DNA from: an uncultured Planctomycetia bacterium
GTDB lineage: Bacteria; Omnitrophota; Gorgyraeia; JABMRN01; RBG-13-46-9
NCBI GenBank assembly: GCA_964440235.1
Contig: CAYTQI010000003.1
Coordinates: 1,599-65,598 of the forward strand
DNA length: 64,000 nt
Direction of reading: 5' to 3'
The translations under genes were made by a program, and so were the position numbers. Position 1 is the first letter of the stretch. Every line of letters starts with the position of its first letter. The notes under the pieces were generated by a model. It worked only from the letters and a program-made list of their open reading frames with translations. It was not told the DNA's origin and searched no databases. This document shows positions 1 through 9,184 of this stretch, one piece after another.

Positions 1-348
1 TTTCTGATGCCCTATAACGGCTATTTTCTTTCCGTCCACTTTCGCCAGCCCGCACACGATAGCTTTATCATCTCCGTAAAGCCTGTCCCCGTGAAGTTCC
101 ATGAAATCCGTCATGATCAGGTCTATATAATCCAGCGTATACAGCCTTTTAGGGTGCCGCGCTATCTGCACCCTCTGCCAGGGGGTAAGATTTTTAAACA
201 CTTCCTGTTTTACTTTTTTAAGCCTCTCCTCGAGTTTTTTTATCTCGCCGGAAAGGTCGATATCCTCCCTGGAGGTAAAACTCTTGAGCTCTTCTATCTT
301 TTTCTCAAGTTCCAGTATCGGTTTTTCGAAATCCAGTCCGTTCATGGC
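1..348 (-). CDS. accA: acetyl-CoA carboxylase carboxyltransferase alpha subunit, N-terminal about 116 aa; the gene runs off the window start
   Basis: Reverse-complement translation from ATG at 348 gives [21 protein letters not shown]...[20 protein letters not shown]...[30 protein letters not shown], colinear with the AccA N-terminus. Not in the ORF track because it is truncated by the window edge. Confidence 0.7.
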
Positions 349-352
349 CCGC

Positions 353-1183
353 TCACTCGATTATAGTGACCTCTGTTCCGCCGGGGACAATAGAATAAAG
401 TTCCTCGACGTCTTTATTTTTCATTCGGACACACCCTTTGGTAATATGCCTTCCTATGGAAGATTCGTCTCTGGTGCCATGTATGCCGTATCCGGACGCG
501 GAAAGCCCCATCCAGCGCGACCCAAGTTCGTATTCAGTGGCTCCCGGCTGAACGATAGCCCCTACCTTCTTGTACCAGGGGGGCTTTATGAGCTTTTCCT
601 CTATTTTAAACGTTCCGAGCGGTGTGGAAAAATTTTCTCCCGTGGAAACAACATATGTTTTCACGGTCTCGCCGCCGGGTTTCCTGAGCAGGAGAATATT
701 TTCCGACCTATCCACTAAAATATCGAATTTCGTTTTATTCACTTTTAAAAAATTTCCGGGCATTATAAGATTGCCTTTGATGCCGTTTGATTTTTTTAAC
801 AACTCGACAGTGGTATTGAACCTGGAAGCGATACCTGCCAGCGTGTCACCCCGTTTTATTTCGTAAGATAAGCTATCTTCGACGGGTATATTCGAGAAAA
901 GAATCTTTATATTTATCTTTTCCATGTCTTTACGCGCTTTCGCGGCTTCGGGCCTGTCCGGAAAACGCGAGATAAATTCCTTAAAAGCTTCTTTTGCCCT
1001 TAGGTAATCTTTTTTTTCCAGATAGGCGGCGCCTGCCGTGAAAAGAGTTTCCCTGTTTTCCAGGTCGGCGCGGCTCAGAAGCTCCACGCCCTTGTTGGAA
1101 ACGATTTTTTTCAGGCTGAAAGAAAAGAGAAGTATGACTGAGGCTATGACCGCTATGATTAAGATCAGAAGTTTATTATTCAT
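353..1183 (-). CDS. L,D-transpeptidase (YkuD domain) with N-terminal TM/TPR-like region and a LysM domain
   Basis: LysM-like [23 protein letters not shown]; catalytic L,D-TPase motif HGT...[13 protein letters not shown] near the C-terminus; N-terminal hydrophobic anchor. Confidence 0.8.
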   Translation of the reverse strand: MNNKLLILIIAVIASVILLFSFSLKKIVSNKGVELLSRADLENRETLFTAGAAYLEKKDYLRAKEAFKEFISRFPDRPEAAKARKDMEKINIKILFSNIPVEDSLSYEIKRGDTLAGIASRFNTTVELLKKSNGIKGNLIMPGNFLKVNKTKFDILVDRSENILLLRKPGGETVKTYVVSTGENFSTPLGTFKIEEKLIKPPWYKKVGAIVQPGATEYELGSRWMGLSASGYGIHGTRDESSIGRHITKGCVRMKNKDVEELYSIVPGGTEVTIIE

Positions 1184-1199
1184 TTATGTGCGCTCATCA

Positions 1200-1667
1200 T
1201 TATCCGAATAATTGCCAGAGTAAAAGCGCGCTTATGACGCCACAGGCAATACCGGCAAAAACTTGCACCGGGGTATGCCCAAGAAGTTCTTTAAGCCTGT
1301 CTTCCTGTATGCGTTTTTTCCAGTATATGTCATCCAGAATCTTGTTTAGAACCTCCGCCTGTTTTCCGGTAGCCCGCCTGAATCCCTGCGCGTCAACTAT
1401 AACTATAACCGTGAACGCCAGCGTAACAACGAATATGACGGAATCAAATCCGCACGATAGGCCCACCAGGGCCGCCAGAGCGCTTACCGTCGCCGAGTGT
1501 GAGCTTGGCATACCGCCGGTCCCGACAAACCAGCGAAAATTGAATTTCCTCTCCCGTATGGTACCTATAAGCACTTTTATGCTCTGGGCGATCATCCAGG
1601 AGTAAAGGGTAAACCAGAATATCCTGTTTCCCGCTACCTCAAGCAAGGCCTCTTTTGTGTTCAGCAT
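1200..1667 (-). CDS. divergent PAP2 / acid phosphatase-vanadium haloperoxidase-related membrane protein (DUF212, YuiD-like)
   Basis: Polytopic 155 aa protein with a PSSHSA motif typical of the DUF212 divergent PAP2 family. Confidence 0.55.
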   Translation of the reverse strand: MLNTKEALLEVAGNRIFWFTLYSWMIAQSIKVLIGTIRERKFNFRWFVGTGGMPSSHSATVSALAALVGLSCGFDSVIFVVTLAFTVIVIVDAQGFRRATGKQAEVLNKILDDIYWKKRIQEDRLKELLGHTPVQVFAGIACGVISALLLWQLFG

Positions 1668-1729
1668 ATGTTCTCCCGCTTTCTTTAACGTAAGGGAATA
1701 TTATATTATAGAATCATCTTCGGCGCAAC

Positions 1730-3172
1730 TTATTTTCCAATACAGAATTTTGAAAAAATTCTATCCAGCATGTCCGGGCCCGTCGCCTCGCCAAGAATGG
1801 AGCCGAGAAAAAATACGGCATCCCTCAGTGCCAAAGCGGTTATTTCCGGTTTGAAAAGAGAGCCCGGACGCAAGGTGTTTACGGCCATTTTTACGCGTTT
1901 ACGGGCGCGTTCAAGATCCTTTTTATGCCTCAGATTTGTTATAAACGCCGCTTCGGGATGCCTCAGGCGCCCCCTCCAGATTTCTCCCAGTATCGACTTT
2001 TCTATCATGTTCAGATTCTTTTTTTTCAGCACCGAAATTTCCATTATATCGTCTTTTCGCGTAACGCGTTTTACCTTCTTCAAATCAAGCCTTTTCGGAA
2101 GGTCGCTCTTATTGGCGATTACCATGAATTTTCCGCCCTTTATCTTGCTGAATATATCGCTGTCGGCTTTGGACCATGGCTTGCTCGAATCCAGCATGAA
2201 CAGGATAAGGTCGGCTGCCTTTATGTAGGACCTGGACTTTTGCATCCCGCGCCTCTGGACAATATTTCCGCCGGCGGAAATACCGGCGGTGTCAACAATT
2301 CTTATCGGTATACCGTCTAAACTTATTTCCTCCTCTATCGCGTCACGGGTCGTGCCCGGAACCGGGGTAACGATAACCCTGTTCCGCCTCAAAAAAGCGT
2401 TCATGAGCGATGACTTGCCCGCGTTGGGCCTGCCGCATATAACGCACATTATGCCTTCCCTGAGAATAATACCTTTATTCGCGCCGTCAATAAGTTTTCC
2501 CATCTCCCCGGAAATACGCGTTAAACCGCGCGAAAGCGATTTTTTGGGCGTGAACTCTATGTCATCTTCGGAAAAATCGATCCGCGCCTCTATTTCACTC
2601 AAAACGTTCAGAACTTCTTTTTTTAACCGGTTTATTTTCCCGGAAAGTTCCCCTTCCAGCTGGCATAGAGCCGCCTTCATGGAATCCTCTGTCTTTGAAC
2701 GGATAATATCCAGGACCGCCTCGGCCTGGGCGAGATCGATCCTTCCGTTCATAAAAGCCCTTCTTGTAAATTCACCCGGCTGCGCGAGCCGCGCACCCAG
2801 ACTTAAAATAAGCTCCAGCACTTTACGCAAAGGGACTATGCCCCCGTGGCAGTTTATCTCGACGATATCTTCTTTTGTGTAACTTTTTGGCGAGCGCATT
2901 ACGGTGAGTATGACTTCATCTATAACTTCCGCGTTTTTGTCATCGCGAAAAATCCTGCCGGGCCCGGGGCGGTATTTCGGGGCTCGGGGCGCCGCGAAGC
3001 AAATAATGTGGCCGTAGTGCGTAGTGTATGTTTTAGATTCAGAGGGCTTACGCCCGCTTTTCGGCCTGAATATTTTATCAGCCACCGAAAGCGCCCTTTG
3101 GCCGCTCATGCGCACTATGCCGATACCGCCCTCGCCTACAGGCGTTGATATCGCAACGATCGTGTCTTCCAT
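1730..3172 (-). CDS. mnmE: tRNA modification GTPase MnmE (TrmE)
   Basis: N-terminal MEDTIVAISTPVGEGGIGIVRMSG, G-domain GxPNAGKSSL and TRD motifs, C-terminal CIGK tetrapeptide. ATG confirmed at 3170-3172. Confidence 0.9.
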   Translation of the reverse strand: MEDTIVAISTPVGEGGIGIVRMSGQRALSVADKIFRPKSGRKPSESKTYTTHYGHIICFAAPRAPKYRPGPGRIFRDDKNAEVIDEVILTVMRSPKSYTKEDIVEINCHGGIVPLRKVLELILSLGARLAQPGEFTRRAFMNGRIDLAQAEAVLDIIRSKTEDSMKAALCQLEGELSGKINRLKKEVLNVLSEIEARIDFSEDDIEFTPKKSLSRGLTRISGEMGKLIDGANKGIILREGIMCVICGRPNAGKSSLMNAFLRRNRVIVTPVPGTTRDAIEEEISLDGIPIRIVDTAGISAGGNIVQRRGMQKSRSYIKAADLILFMLDSSKPWSKADSDIFSKIKGGKFMVIANKSDLPKRLDLKKVKRVTRKDDIMEISVLKKKNLNMIEKSILGEIWRGRLRHPEAAFITNLRHKKDLERARKRVKMAVNTLRPGSLFKPEITALALRDAVFFLGSILGEATGPDMLDRIFSKFCIGK

Positions 3173-4464
3173 GTCCGGTTTACTTTCATTTTTTTTATTT
3201 CACCCGCCACGTAAAAAGATCCCGCGGCCAGTATCATGTCGGGCTCTCCCGCCAGGGAACGCGCTTTTTTCATCGCCTCATTCACGGAGTTTGTTAAAGT
3301 TACATTTTTTTTCCCGGCAAAACGCGCGATAACGCGCGGGCTTTCGGCCCGTTTTGTCATCGCCCTTGTCAAAATAACATGGTCGGCCGCGGAAAAAAGC
3401 TCATCGCACACGCCTTTTATATCTTTTTCTTTCGAAATACCGAGTACTAAAATAAGGCGGCGATAACTAAAATTTCTTTTAATTGTTTCTTTTAAGGCCG
3501 CGGCGCTCGCCCTGTTTTGCGCTCCGTCAAGAACGATATAAGGTTTTCTCGCCATTACCTCGCACCTCGCGGGATTCCGGGCCTTCGCCAGCCCTTTTTT
3601 TATCGCCGGGACGGATATTTTTTTACCCAGGGCTTCTATCGCCCCGATTGCGCAGGCGGCGTTCGCTATCTGGTGGCGGCCGAGTAACCGGATAAGCAAC
3701 GGCCCGTAATTTCCGTTTTCGCCCGCAATGTCAAATACCTCGCGCCGCGTATCATGTGAAATTTCGCTGAATTTTATATCCTCTCCCGCCAGAATAAGCC
3801 GCGCGCCAAGGCGCCGGCACCTTTTCCTGATAATATCAATAACTTTTTCGTCCTGCGGCGCGCTTACCGCCGTGGATTTCTTTTTTATTATCGCGCTTTT
3901 TTCCACGGCTATGGACTTAACATCTTCCCCCAGGACACGCGTATGGTCGCGGCTTACCGGAGTTATGACCGAAACAAGCGGGCGCACTATATTCGTCGCG
4001 TCCAGCCGGCCGCCGAGGCCTGTTTCTATAACGCCAAAATCTATTTTTCGCGCCCTGAAATAATTAAACGCGAGAAGCGTGTAAATCTCAAAATATGTAG
4101 GGGTAAATCCAACGTTTTTTTTCGCGAGTTTCTTTTTTATTCCGCCGGCGTGAAAAGCGAGGGCGGCCTTACTTATCATTTCATTATTGACTTTTATTCT
4201 CTCGCGCGGAGTAACAAGATGCGGGGATGTGTAAAGCCCCGCGCGGAATCCCTCCTCCATCAGGACGGCGGATATAAAAGCGGCCACCGAGCCCTTGCCT
4301 TTTGTGCCCGCGATATGAATGGAACGAAAACTTTCCTGGGGTTTATCAAAAAGTTCCGCGAGGCGACGCATTCTCTCCAGGTCAAACGACAGGCTGGCCT
4401 TATGTCCTGTCTTCTCGTAATCTGCAAGAGAATTCAAATACCGGACGGCTTCGCGGTAACGCAT
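3136..4464 (-). CDS. folC: bifunctional folylpolyglutamate synthase / dihydrofolate synthase (Mur ligase family)
   Basis: P-loop HIAGTKGKGS and Mur ligase central and C-terminal motifs. The longest ORF begins at 4620, but it overlaps the upstream gene; the ATG at 4464 (MRYREAVRYLNSL) lies just after the upstream stop at 4469 and is the likely start. Confidence 0.8.
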   Translation of the reverse strand: MRYREAVRYLNSLADYEKTGHKASLSFDLERMRRLAELFDKPQESFRSIHIAGTKGKGSVAAFISAVLMEEGFRAGLYTSPHLVTPRERIKVNNEMISKAALAFHAGGIKKKLAKKNVGFTPTYFEIYTLLAFNYFRARKIDFGVIETGLGGRLDATNIVRPLVSVITPVSRDHTRVLGEDVKSIAVEKSAIIKKKSTAVSAPQDEKVIDIIRKRCRRLGARLILAGEDIKFSEISHDTRREVFDIAGENGNYGPLLIRLLGRHQIANAACAIGAIEALGKKISVPAIKKGLAKARNPARCEVMARKPYIVLDGAQNRASAAALKETIKRNFSYRRLILVLGISKEKDIKGVCDELFSAADHVILTRAMTKRAESPRVIARFAGKKNVTLTNSVNEAMKKARSLAGEPDMILAAGSFYVAGEIKKMKVNRTWKTRSLRYQRL

Positions 4465-4468
4465 GATC

Positions 4469-5026
4469 TCACTTTTCGAGAATGCGAATTTCGGTCCTGA
4501 TAAGGCGCATTTTCTCCCGGAGCCCGTCGAGTGTTTTGCGGAGAGTGGCGATCGTATTTTCAAGTTTTCGCACCCTGTCATTCCAGACGGAAAGCTCGTC
4601 TGAAGAAAGGGCGAGTTCATTTTTTTTCTCCAGAAGTTTTTGTATATTCGCCGCCTTAGCGAGGGAATTTTTTAATTCACCGTGCTTCAAAGCGTATTCG
4701 GAGCGTTTCTTCTCCAGATTCGCGCGCAGGGATTTTATATTCGGCTTCATACCGGCTTCCAGGCGGAGAATCTCGCGTTTAAGATCATTTTTTTTATCCC
4801 GCAAACTTATTTTAAGAGCGCGCATTTTTTTGGCGGTATCGCTTTTTTTCTTCCGGTAGGAATCTTTTAAATCCGATATTTTTAACGCTATCTCTTTTTT
4901 CTTTTTTAAATCCTTCTCGAAAGAAGGGTCTTTTTTAAGAATTTCATTGATCCTGTTTTCGTTTACCCCGCCGCATCCCGCGAGAAAAATAAAAGTTATC
5001 AAAAATATGAAACTTGCCAGTCGCAT
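4469..5026 (-). CDS. coiled-coil lipoprotein, function unknown
   Basis: From the internal ATG at 5026: MRLASFIFLITFIFLAGCGG has a lipobox (LAGC). The rest is K/E/R-rich heptad-like coiled coil. The ORF track gives a longer N-terminal extension (to 5110) that lacks a signal peptide. Confidence 0.5.
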   Translation of the reverse strand: MRLASFIFLITFIFLAGCGGVNENRINEILKKDPSFEKDLKKKKEIALKISDLKDSYRKKKSDTAKKMRALKISLRDKKNDLKREILRLEAGMKPNIKSLRANLEKKRSEYALKHGELKNSLAKAANIQKLLEKKNELALSSDELSVWNDRVRKLENTIATLRKTLDGLREKMRLIRTEIRILEK

Positions 5027-5087
5027 AACCAACCTATTCCGGATCCGGGATACGCTTGTTTCCCCCGCCGGGGCCTTCCGCGAATCT

Positions 5088-6107
5088 CTATACGCTGAAC
5101 CTGAAGTCAACTACATCCCCATCCCGTATTGTATACTCTTTCGGCTCTAATTTCAACAACCCTTTTTTCTTCGCGTTCTGCATCGATCCGCATGACACTA
5201 AATCATCAAAACCGATAATCTCGGCTTTTATGAATCCCTTCTGTATGTCCGAGTGTATTTTTCCGGCCGCCAAAAAAGCGGATGTGCCTGCTTTCAGGGG
5301 CCAGGCTTTTGCCTGACCCCCCTTAACCGTAAAAAATGTTATATATCCGAGTGAGTCGTAAGCGCGCCTGATTATCTTTTCAGGCGTTTTTTTCTCAAAA
5401 CCCATTTCCCCGAGAAACAGTTCTTTTTCTTTTTCGTCGAGATCGGCGATTTCGGATTCGAGCTTCGCGCAGAATTCGCTGTATTCAATTTTTTTTTCGC
5501 GGCAAAGTTTTTCTACTTTTTCCGTTAAGCGCCCGGATGCGCGATTTTCTTCTGTATTGGCGAGAATAAAAACGGGTTTTCTGCTTAAAAATTGAAAACC
5601 GCGAATTTCTTTTTCCGGGCCCGCTTTTAATTCCAGTTCCCTGAGCGGCTTATTTTTTTCAAGAAAATCCCTGCATAAAAGCAGTGTCTCGCGTTCCGCC
5701 AGGGCCTCCGCGGGCGGGTTGGGGACTTTTAGCTCCTTCTCCATGGTCCCCAGCCTGTTGTTGATTATTTCCAGGTCGCTCAGCATGAATTCTGTTTCCA
5801 CGTTTTCGATATCTTTGGCCGGGTCCCTGCCGGAAAAAAGGCCCAGAACCTCCATGACAGCGTCCGCTTTCTTGATCTGCGGAAGATAAAAACCGGGGAG
5901 ATCCTCAAAAGTAATTTCGGCGGGCGTGAGTTTTTTCGGGTTAAAAATAGATTTTAATTTTTCGAGCCTGGAATCGGGAATTTTTACGGCACCGAGGCGC
6001 GGTTTGGTGGGGTCGTGGTTTTGAGCCTCTTCTTTTTTCTTCCGCGTAATCGCTTTAAAACAGGTCGACTTACCGCATCCCGAAAAACCGATTATCGCGA
6101 TTTTCAT
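5088..6107 (-). CDS. ychF: ribosome-binding ATPase YchF (Obg-family GTPase with TGS domain)
   Basis: From the ATG at 6107: MKIAIIGFSGCGKST P-loop. C-terminal AAGKIHSDIQKGFIKAEIIGFDDL...EYTIRDGDVVDFRFSV matches the YchF TGS C-terminus (AAGKIHTDFEKGFIRAE...DYIVKDGDVMNFLFNV). The N-terminal half is divergent. Confidence 0.75.
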   Translation of the reverse strand: MKIAIIGFSGCGKSTCFKAITRKKKEEAQNHDPTKPRLGAVKIPDSRLEKLKSIFNPKKLTPAEITFEDLPGFYLPQIKKADAVMEVLGLFSGRDPAKDIENVETEFMLSDLEIINNRLGTMEKELKVPNPPAEALAERETLLLCRDFLEKNKPLRELELKAGPEKEIRGFQFLSRKPVFILANTEENRASGRLTEKVEKLCREKKIEYSEFCAKLESEIADLDEKEKELFLGEMGFEKKTPEKIIRRAYDSLGYITFFTVKGGQAKAWPLKAGTSAFLAAGKIHSDIQKGFIKAEIIGFDDLVSCGSMQNAKKKGLLKLEPKEYTIRDGDVVDFRFSV

Positions 6108-6129
6108 CTCGCCCGCAATGACAGGTTGC

Positions 6130-8412
6130 TTATCCGCACTTAGAATAACCGCAGGACCTGCAAACCATGCACCCCTCGACATGCCACAGCGCCCCTCCGC
6201 AATCCGGGCACACGCCGACAACACTCGCCATTTTCTTCTTTGCGGTTACACCGGCCGGGGCGGCCCCGAAAAGCGGCCCCGTAACCGAAGGCGGGCCATC
6301 TTTTTCTTCTCTCTTCGCCTTTACCAGGCGCCTTTCCATAACGCGCGCTATGGCGTCACTGCAGGAAAATATCCTTCCGCCCTTTTCCCAGCTCGGCGCC
6401 GGGCACCTTATCCCCTTTAACTGCTCGATGATAGAAAGTATTTCTATGCCGCTTCGCAGGGCGAGAGAAAGAAGCCTGCCGATAGCCTCGAGCTGGCTCA
6501 TCGCGCATCCGCCGGCTTTTCCCATCTGCATAAACACCTCAAAAGGCAACCCGTTCTCGTCCTCGTTTATGGTAACATAAAGATTGCCACAGCCTGTCGC
6601 GATTTTTGTGGTGGTCCCGTATATAACGTCGGGCCTCGGGCGGGGAACTATTTTCGAAACGGTCACGGCGGTTTCTTTCTCTTTCTCTTTCTCTTTCTCT
6701 TTCTCAATATTTAATACCTGTTCCTGCCGCGACTTGTCCCTGTAGACGGTAACGCCTTTGCATCCGGCCCTGTGCGCCAGCAGATAAGCCTGTTTTATGT
6801 CTTCCTCGGTGCTTTTGTTAGGAAAATTTATCGTCTTTGAAACAGCGTTATCCGTATGTTTTTGGAACGCGGCCTGTATTTTTATGTGCCATTCGGGGGA
6901 TATGTCATGGGACGTAACGAAAATTCTTTTTACATCATCGGGAATTTCTTTAAAATCCTGTATACTGCCTTTGACGGCTATTTTTTTGAGAAGCTCCTCG
7001 CTCCAGAATCCCCTTTCTTCGGCTATTTTTTTAAAAGCGCCGTTGATCTCGGGAAGCCTGTCTTTATCCATCACCTCTTTGTAGTAAACAAGGGCGAAAA
7101 TCGGCTCTATCCCGCTGGAGCAATCCGCGATAATACTCAAAGTTCCCGTCGGAGCGATAGTGGTTAATGTGGCGTTTCTCAGATTCGGTCCGTTCGGACT
7201 GTTATACACGCTTTTTTTGATATTCGGGAAAGCCCCTCTTTCCCGCGCCAGCTCGCAGGACGCTTTTTTTGCCTCGTTTAAAATAAAACTCATGACTTTA
7301 TCGGCCGTGAATACGGCCTCATCCGAGTTATAAGGTATGCCCAATTCGACAAGCATGTCCGCGAAACCCATAACGCCAAGCCCTATCTTGCGGTTGGCCT
7401 TTGTTATTTTCTCGATTTTCTTCAGCGGAAATTTGTTCATGTCAATAACATTATCGAGAAAATGAACGGCCGTTTTCACGATCCTGGCGAGTTTTTCCAT
7501 GTTGATTTTCCCGTTCGAGACTATCCGGGAAAGATTTATCGAAGCCAGGTTGCACGATTCATGGGGTAAAAGCACCTGCTCGCCGCAGGGATTTGTTGAT
7601 TCATATAATCCGACCTTCGGCGTCGGATTGAATTCATTCATCTTATCGATGAATATAATTCCCGGCTCACCGTTTTTCCACGCCATTTTTACTATGAGAT
7701 CGAAAACCTCGCGGGCGTTTAACCTTGTGACGGATTTTTTGCTGCGGGGATCCACAAGGTCATAATCTTCGCCCGACTCCACCTTTTCCATGAAGTCCTC
7801 GGTAACGGCTACCGAAATGTTGAAATTATTTATCGCTTTGTCGCTTTCCTTGCAGGTAATAAATTCCAGAATATCAGGGTGGTCAACGCGCAGTATACCC
7901 ATGTTGGCCCCGCGGCGGGTTCCCCCCTGCTTTACGGCTTGTGTTGCCGCGTCAAAAACTTTTAAAAATGATACCGGGCCGCTGGCCACGCCTCCGGTTG
8001 AACGCACCTGGCTGCTTTTGGATCGCAAACGTGAAAAGGAAAATCCTGTTCCGCCTCCCGACTTATGAATCATGGCCGTATCTTTGATGGTTTCAAATAT
8101 CGATTCCATCGAATCCTCTATCGGCAGCACAAAACAGGCGCTTAATTGCTGCAGGTCCCTGCCGGCGTTCATGAGAGTAGGCGAATTGGGTAAAAATTCC
8201 AGGGCGGTCATCGCGTTATAAAATTTTTCTCTTGTTTCCTGAAGGCCTTTTCCGGACGCGTACAATTTGTCCGCGAAAGCAATGTTTTCGGTCACTCGCA
8301 GGAACATTTCCTCCGGCGTCTCGGAGACTTCGCCTTTTTCGTTTTTCGCGAGATACCTTTTTCTGAGAACCTTTACGGCGTTTTCTGAAAGACGTAAATT
8401 TTTATTTTTCAT
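6130..8412 (-). CDS. nrdJ: adenosylcobalamin-dependent ribonucleoside-diphosphate/triphosphate reductase, class II
   Basis: 760 aa. N-terminal ATP-cone-less RNR II signature (LSENAVKVLRKRYL...ETPEEMFLRV), catalytic NPCGEQ, C-terminal CxxC...CxxC redox tail. Contains an internal (EK)5 low-complexity insert. ATG and GGAGGG SD confirmed at 8410-8430. Confidence 0.9.
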   Translation of the reverse strand: MKNKNLRLSENAVKVLRKRYLAKNEKGEVSETPEEMFLRVTENIAFADKLYASGKGLQETREKFYNAMTALEFLPNSPTLMNAGRDLQQLSACFVLPIEDSMESIFETIKDTAMIHKSGGGTGFSFSRLRSKSSQVRSTGGVASGPVSFLKVFDAATQAVKQGGTRRGANMGILRVDHPDILEFITCKESDKAINNFNISVAVTEDFMEKVESGEDYDLVDPRSKKSVTRLNAREVFDLIVKMAWKNGEPGIIFIDKMNEFNPTPKVGLYESTNPCGEQVLLPHESCNLASINLSRIVSNGKINMEKLARIVKTAVHFLDNVIDMNKFPLKKIEKITKANRKIGLGVMGFADMLVELGIPYNSDEAVFTADKVMSFILNEAKKASCELARERGAFPNIKKSVYNSPNGPNLRNATLTTIAPTGTLSIIADCSSGIEPIFALVYYKEVMDKDRLPEINGAFKKIAEERGFWSEELLKKIAVKGSIQDFKEIPDDVKRIFVTSHDISPEWHIKIQAAFQKHTDNAVSKTINFPNKSTEEDIKQAYLLAHRAGCKGVTVYRDKSRQEQVLNIEKEKEKEKEKETAVTVSKIVPRPRPDVIYGTTTKIATGCGNLYVTINEDENGLPFEVFMQMGKAGGCAMSQLEAIGRLLSLALRSGIEILSIIEQLKGIRCPAPSWEKGGRIFSCSDAIARVMERRLVKAKREEKDGPPSVTGPLFGAAPAGVTAKKKMASVVGVCPDCGGALWHVEGCMVCRSCGYSKCG
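6672..6705. repeat. hexanucleotide microsatellite (CTTTCT)n, about 5 units, in-frame inside nrdJ, encoding (EK)5
   Basis: tttctttctctttctctttctctttctctttctc; the minus-strand reading GAG AAA x5 gives EKEKEKEKEKE between the catalytic core and the C-terminal domain of NrdJ. Confidence 0.8.
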
Positions 8413-8472
8413 ATTTCATTCCCTCCGTTTGAAGGCAAGTATATCACAGAAAATAAATTTGTCAAGGGGAAA

Positions 8473-8520
8473 ACACAACATATCGTGGTTGTCGACATGA
8501 AAAACTACTATTTGTGGTGT
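8473..8520 (-). promoter_or_regulatory. candidate tandem NrdR boxes in the nrdJ promoter region
   Basis: ACACAACATATCGTGG (8473-8488) matches the NrdR-box consensus acaCwAtATaTwGtgt at 13 of 16 positions. A weaker second box CTACTATTTGTGGTGT (8505-8520) lies 32 bp away, the usual three-helical-turn spacing. They sit 60-110 bp upstream of the nrdJ ATG (8412). Confidence 0.35.
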
Positions 8521-8543
8521 TTATGAATGGAATTTTTAGCGGG

Positions 8544-8735
8544 CTATTTCCGGCTTTTCAGCGTATCTTTTAACTCGCTTAATCCGGCAAAAATCGCGAT
8601 AAGCCCGCCGGCTATAAGCAGGGCCGGTATGCCGGCTCTCAGCATAAAAAGAAATTCGTACCACCAGGCAATGAGCATAATAAGCCCCACAAAAACTGAC
8701 AGGGCGCCTATCGCGATACTTAAAGTCTTACCCAT
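8544..8735 (-). CDS. small membrane protein (63 aa, two predicted TM helices)
   Basis: Hydrophobic ORF MGKTLSIAIGALSVFVGLIMLIAWWYEFLFMLRAGIPALLIAGGLIAIF; no homology recognised. Confidence 0.4.
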   Translation of the reverse strand: MGKTLSIAIGALSVFVGLIMLIAWWYEFLFMLRAGIPALLIAGGLIAIFAGLSELKDTLKSRK

Positions 8736-8799
8736 TTTCTACCTCAACTTTCAAGCAATAAAAGTATACCACAATCCGCAAAAATGACAAGTTTTTTTA

Positions 8800-9180
8800 C
8801 TAATAATACTCGCTCATGAAACTGTTTATGATGTCCTCGCGCGTTACCGCCCCCACTACTTTTTTGTTTCGTGTGACGGGAATACGCCTGAAGGCATTTT
8901 CCGTGAAAATTTTTGAAACATATTCAAGCGAATCGTTTTCCTTTACCGAACAAACCATTTTTGTCATGATATCTTCGGCGGTAAGCTTCATGAAATTCTC
9001 CGATCCCATAGCCCTTATGATATCCTGCTCGGAAACAACGCCCAAAAGGGCGCCCCTGCTATCCGTGACGGGCATGTTACTTATCTTTTTTTCCGTGAGA
9101 ATTTTGCTGATATGCCGAATGGGCTCATGGATTTTAGCGACAATGATTTCCTTCTTCATGATGTCCCTTACGTAAGGCAT
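8800..9180 (-). CDS. CBS-pair domain protein
   Basis: Two CBS motifs (VRDIMKKEIIVAK...; EDIMTKMVCSVKEND...RRIPV). Confidence 0.75.
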   Translation of the reverse strand: MPYVRDIMKKEIIVAKIHEPIRHISKILTEKKISNMPVTDSRGALLGVVSEQDIIRAMGSENFMKLTAEDIMTKMVCSVKENDSLEYVSKIFTENAFRRIPVTRNKKVVGAVTREDIINSFMSEYY

Positions 9181-9184
9181 AATA

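Noticed and set aside
7-366. 119-aa plus-strand ORF at the window start
   Set aside because: It is the antisense shadow of the accA N-terminus, which translates cleanly on the minus strand with recognisable AccA motifs. There is no SD or homology for the plus-strand ORF.
4465-4620. 52-codon N-terminal extension of folC given by the longest ORF
   Set aside because: It overlaps the upstream lipoprotein gene and lacks FolC homology; the ATG at 4464 sits directly after the upstream stop.
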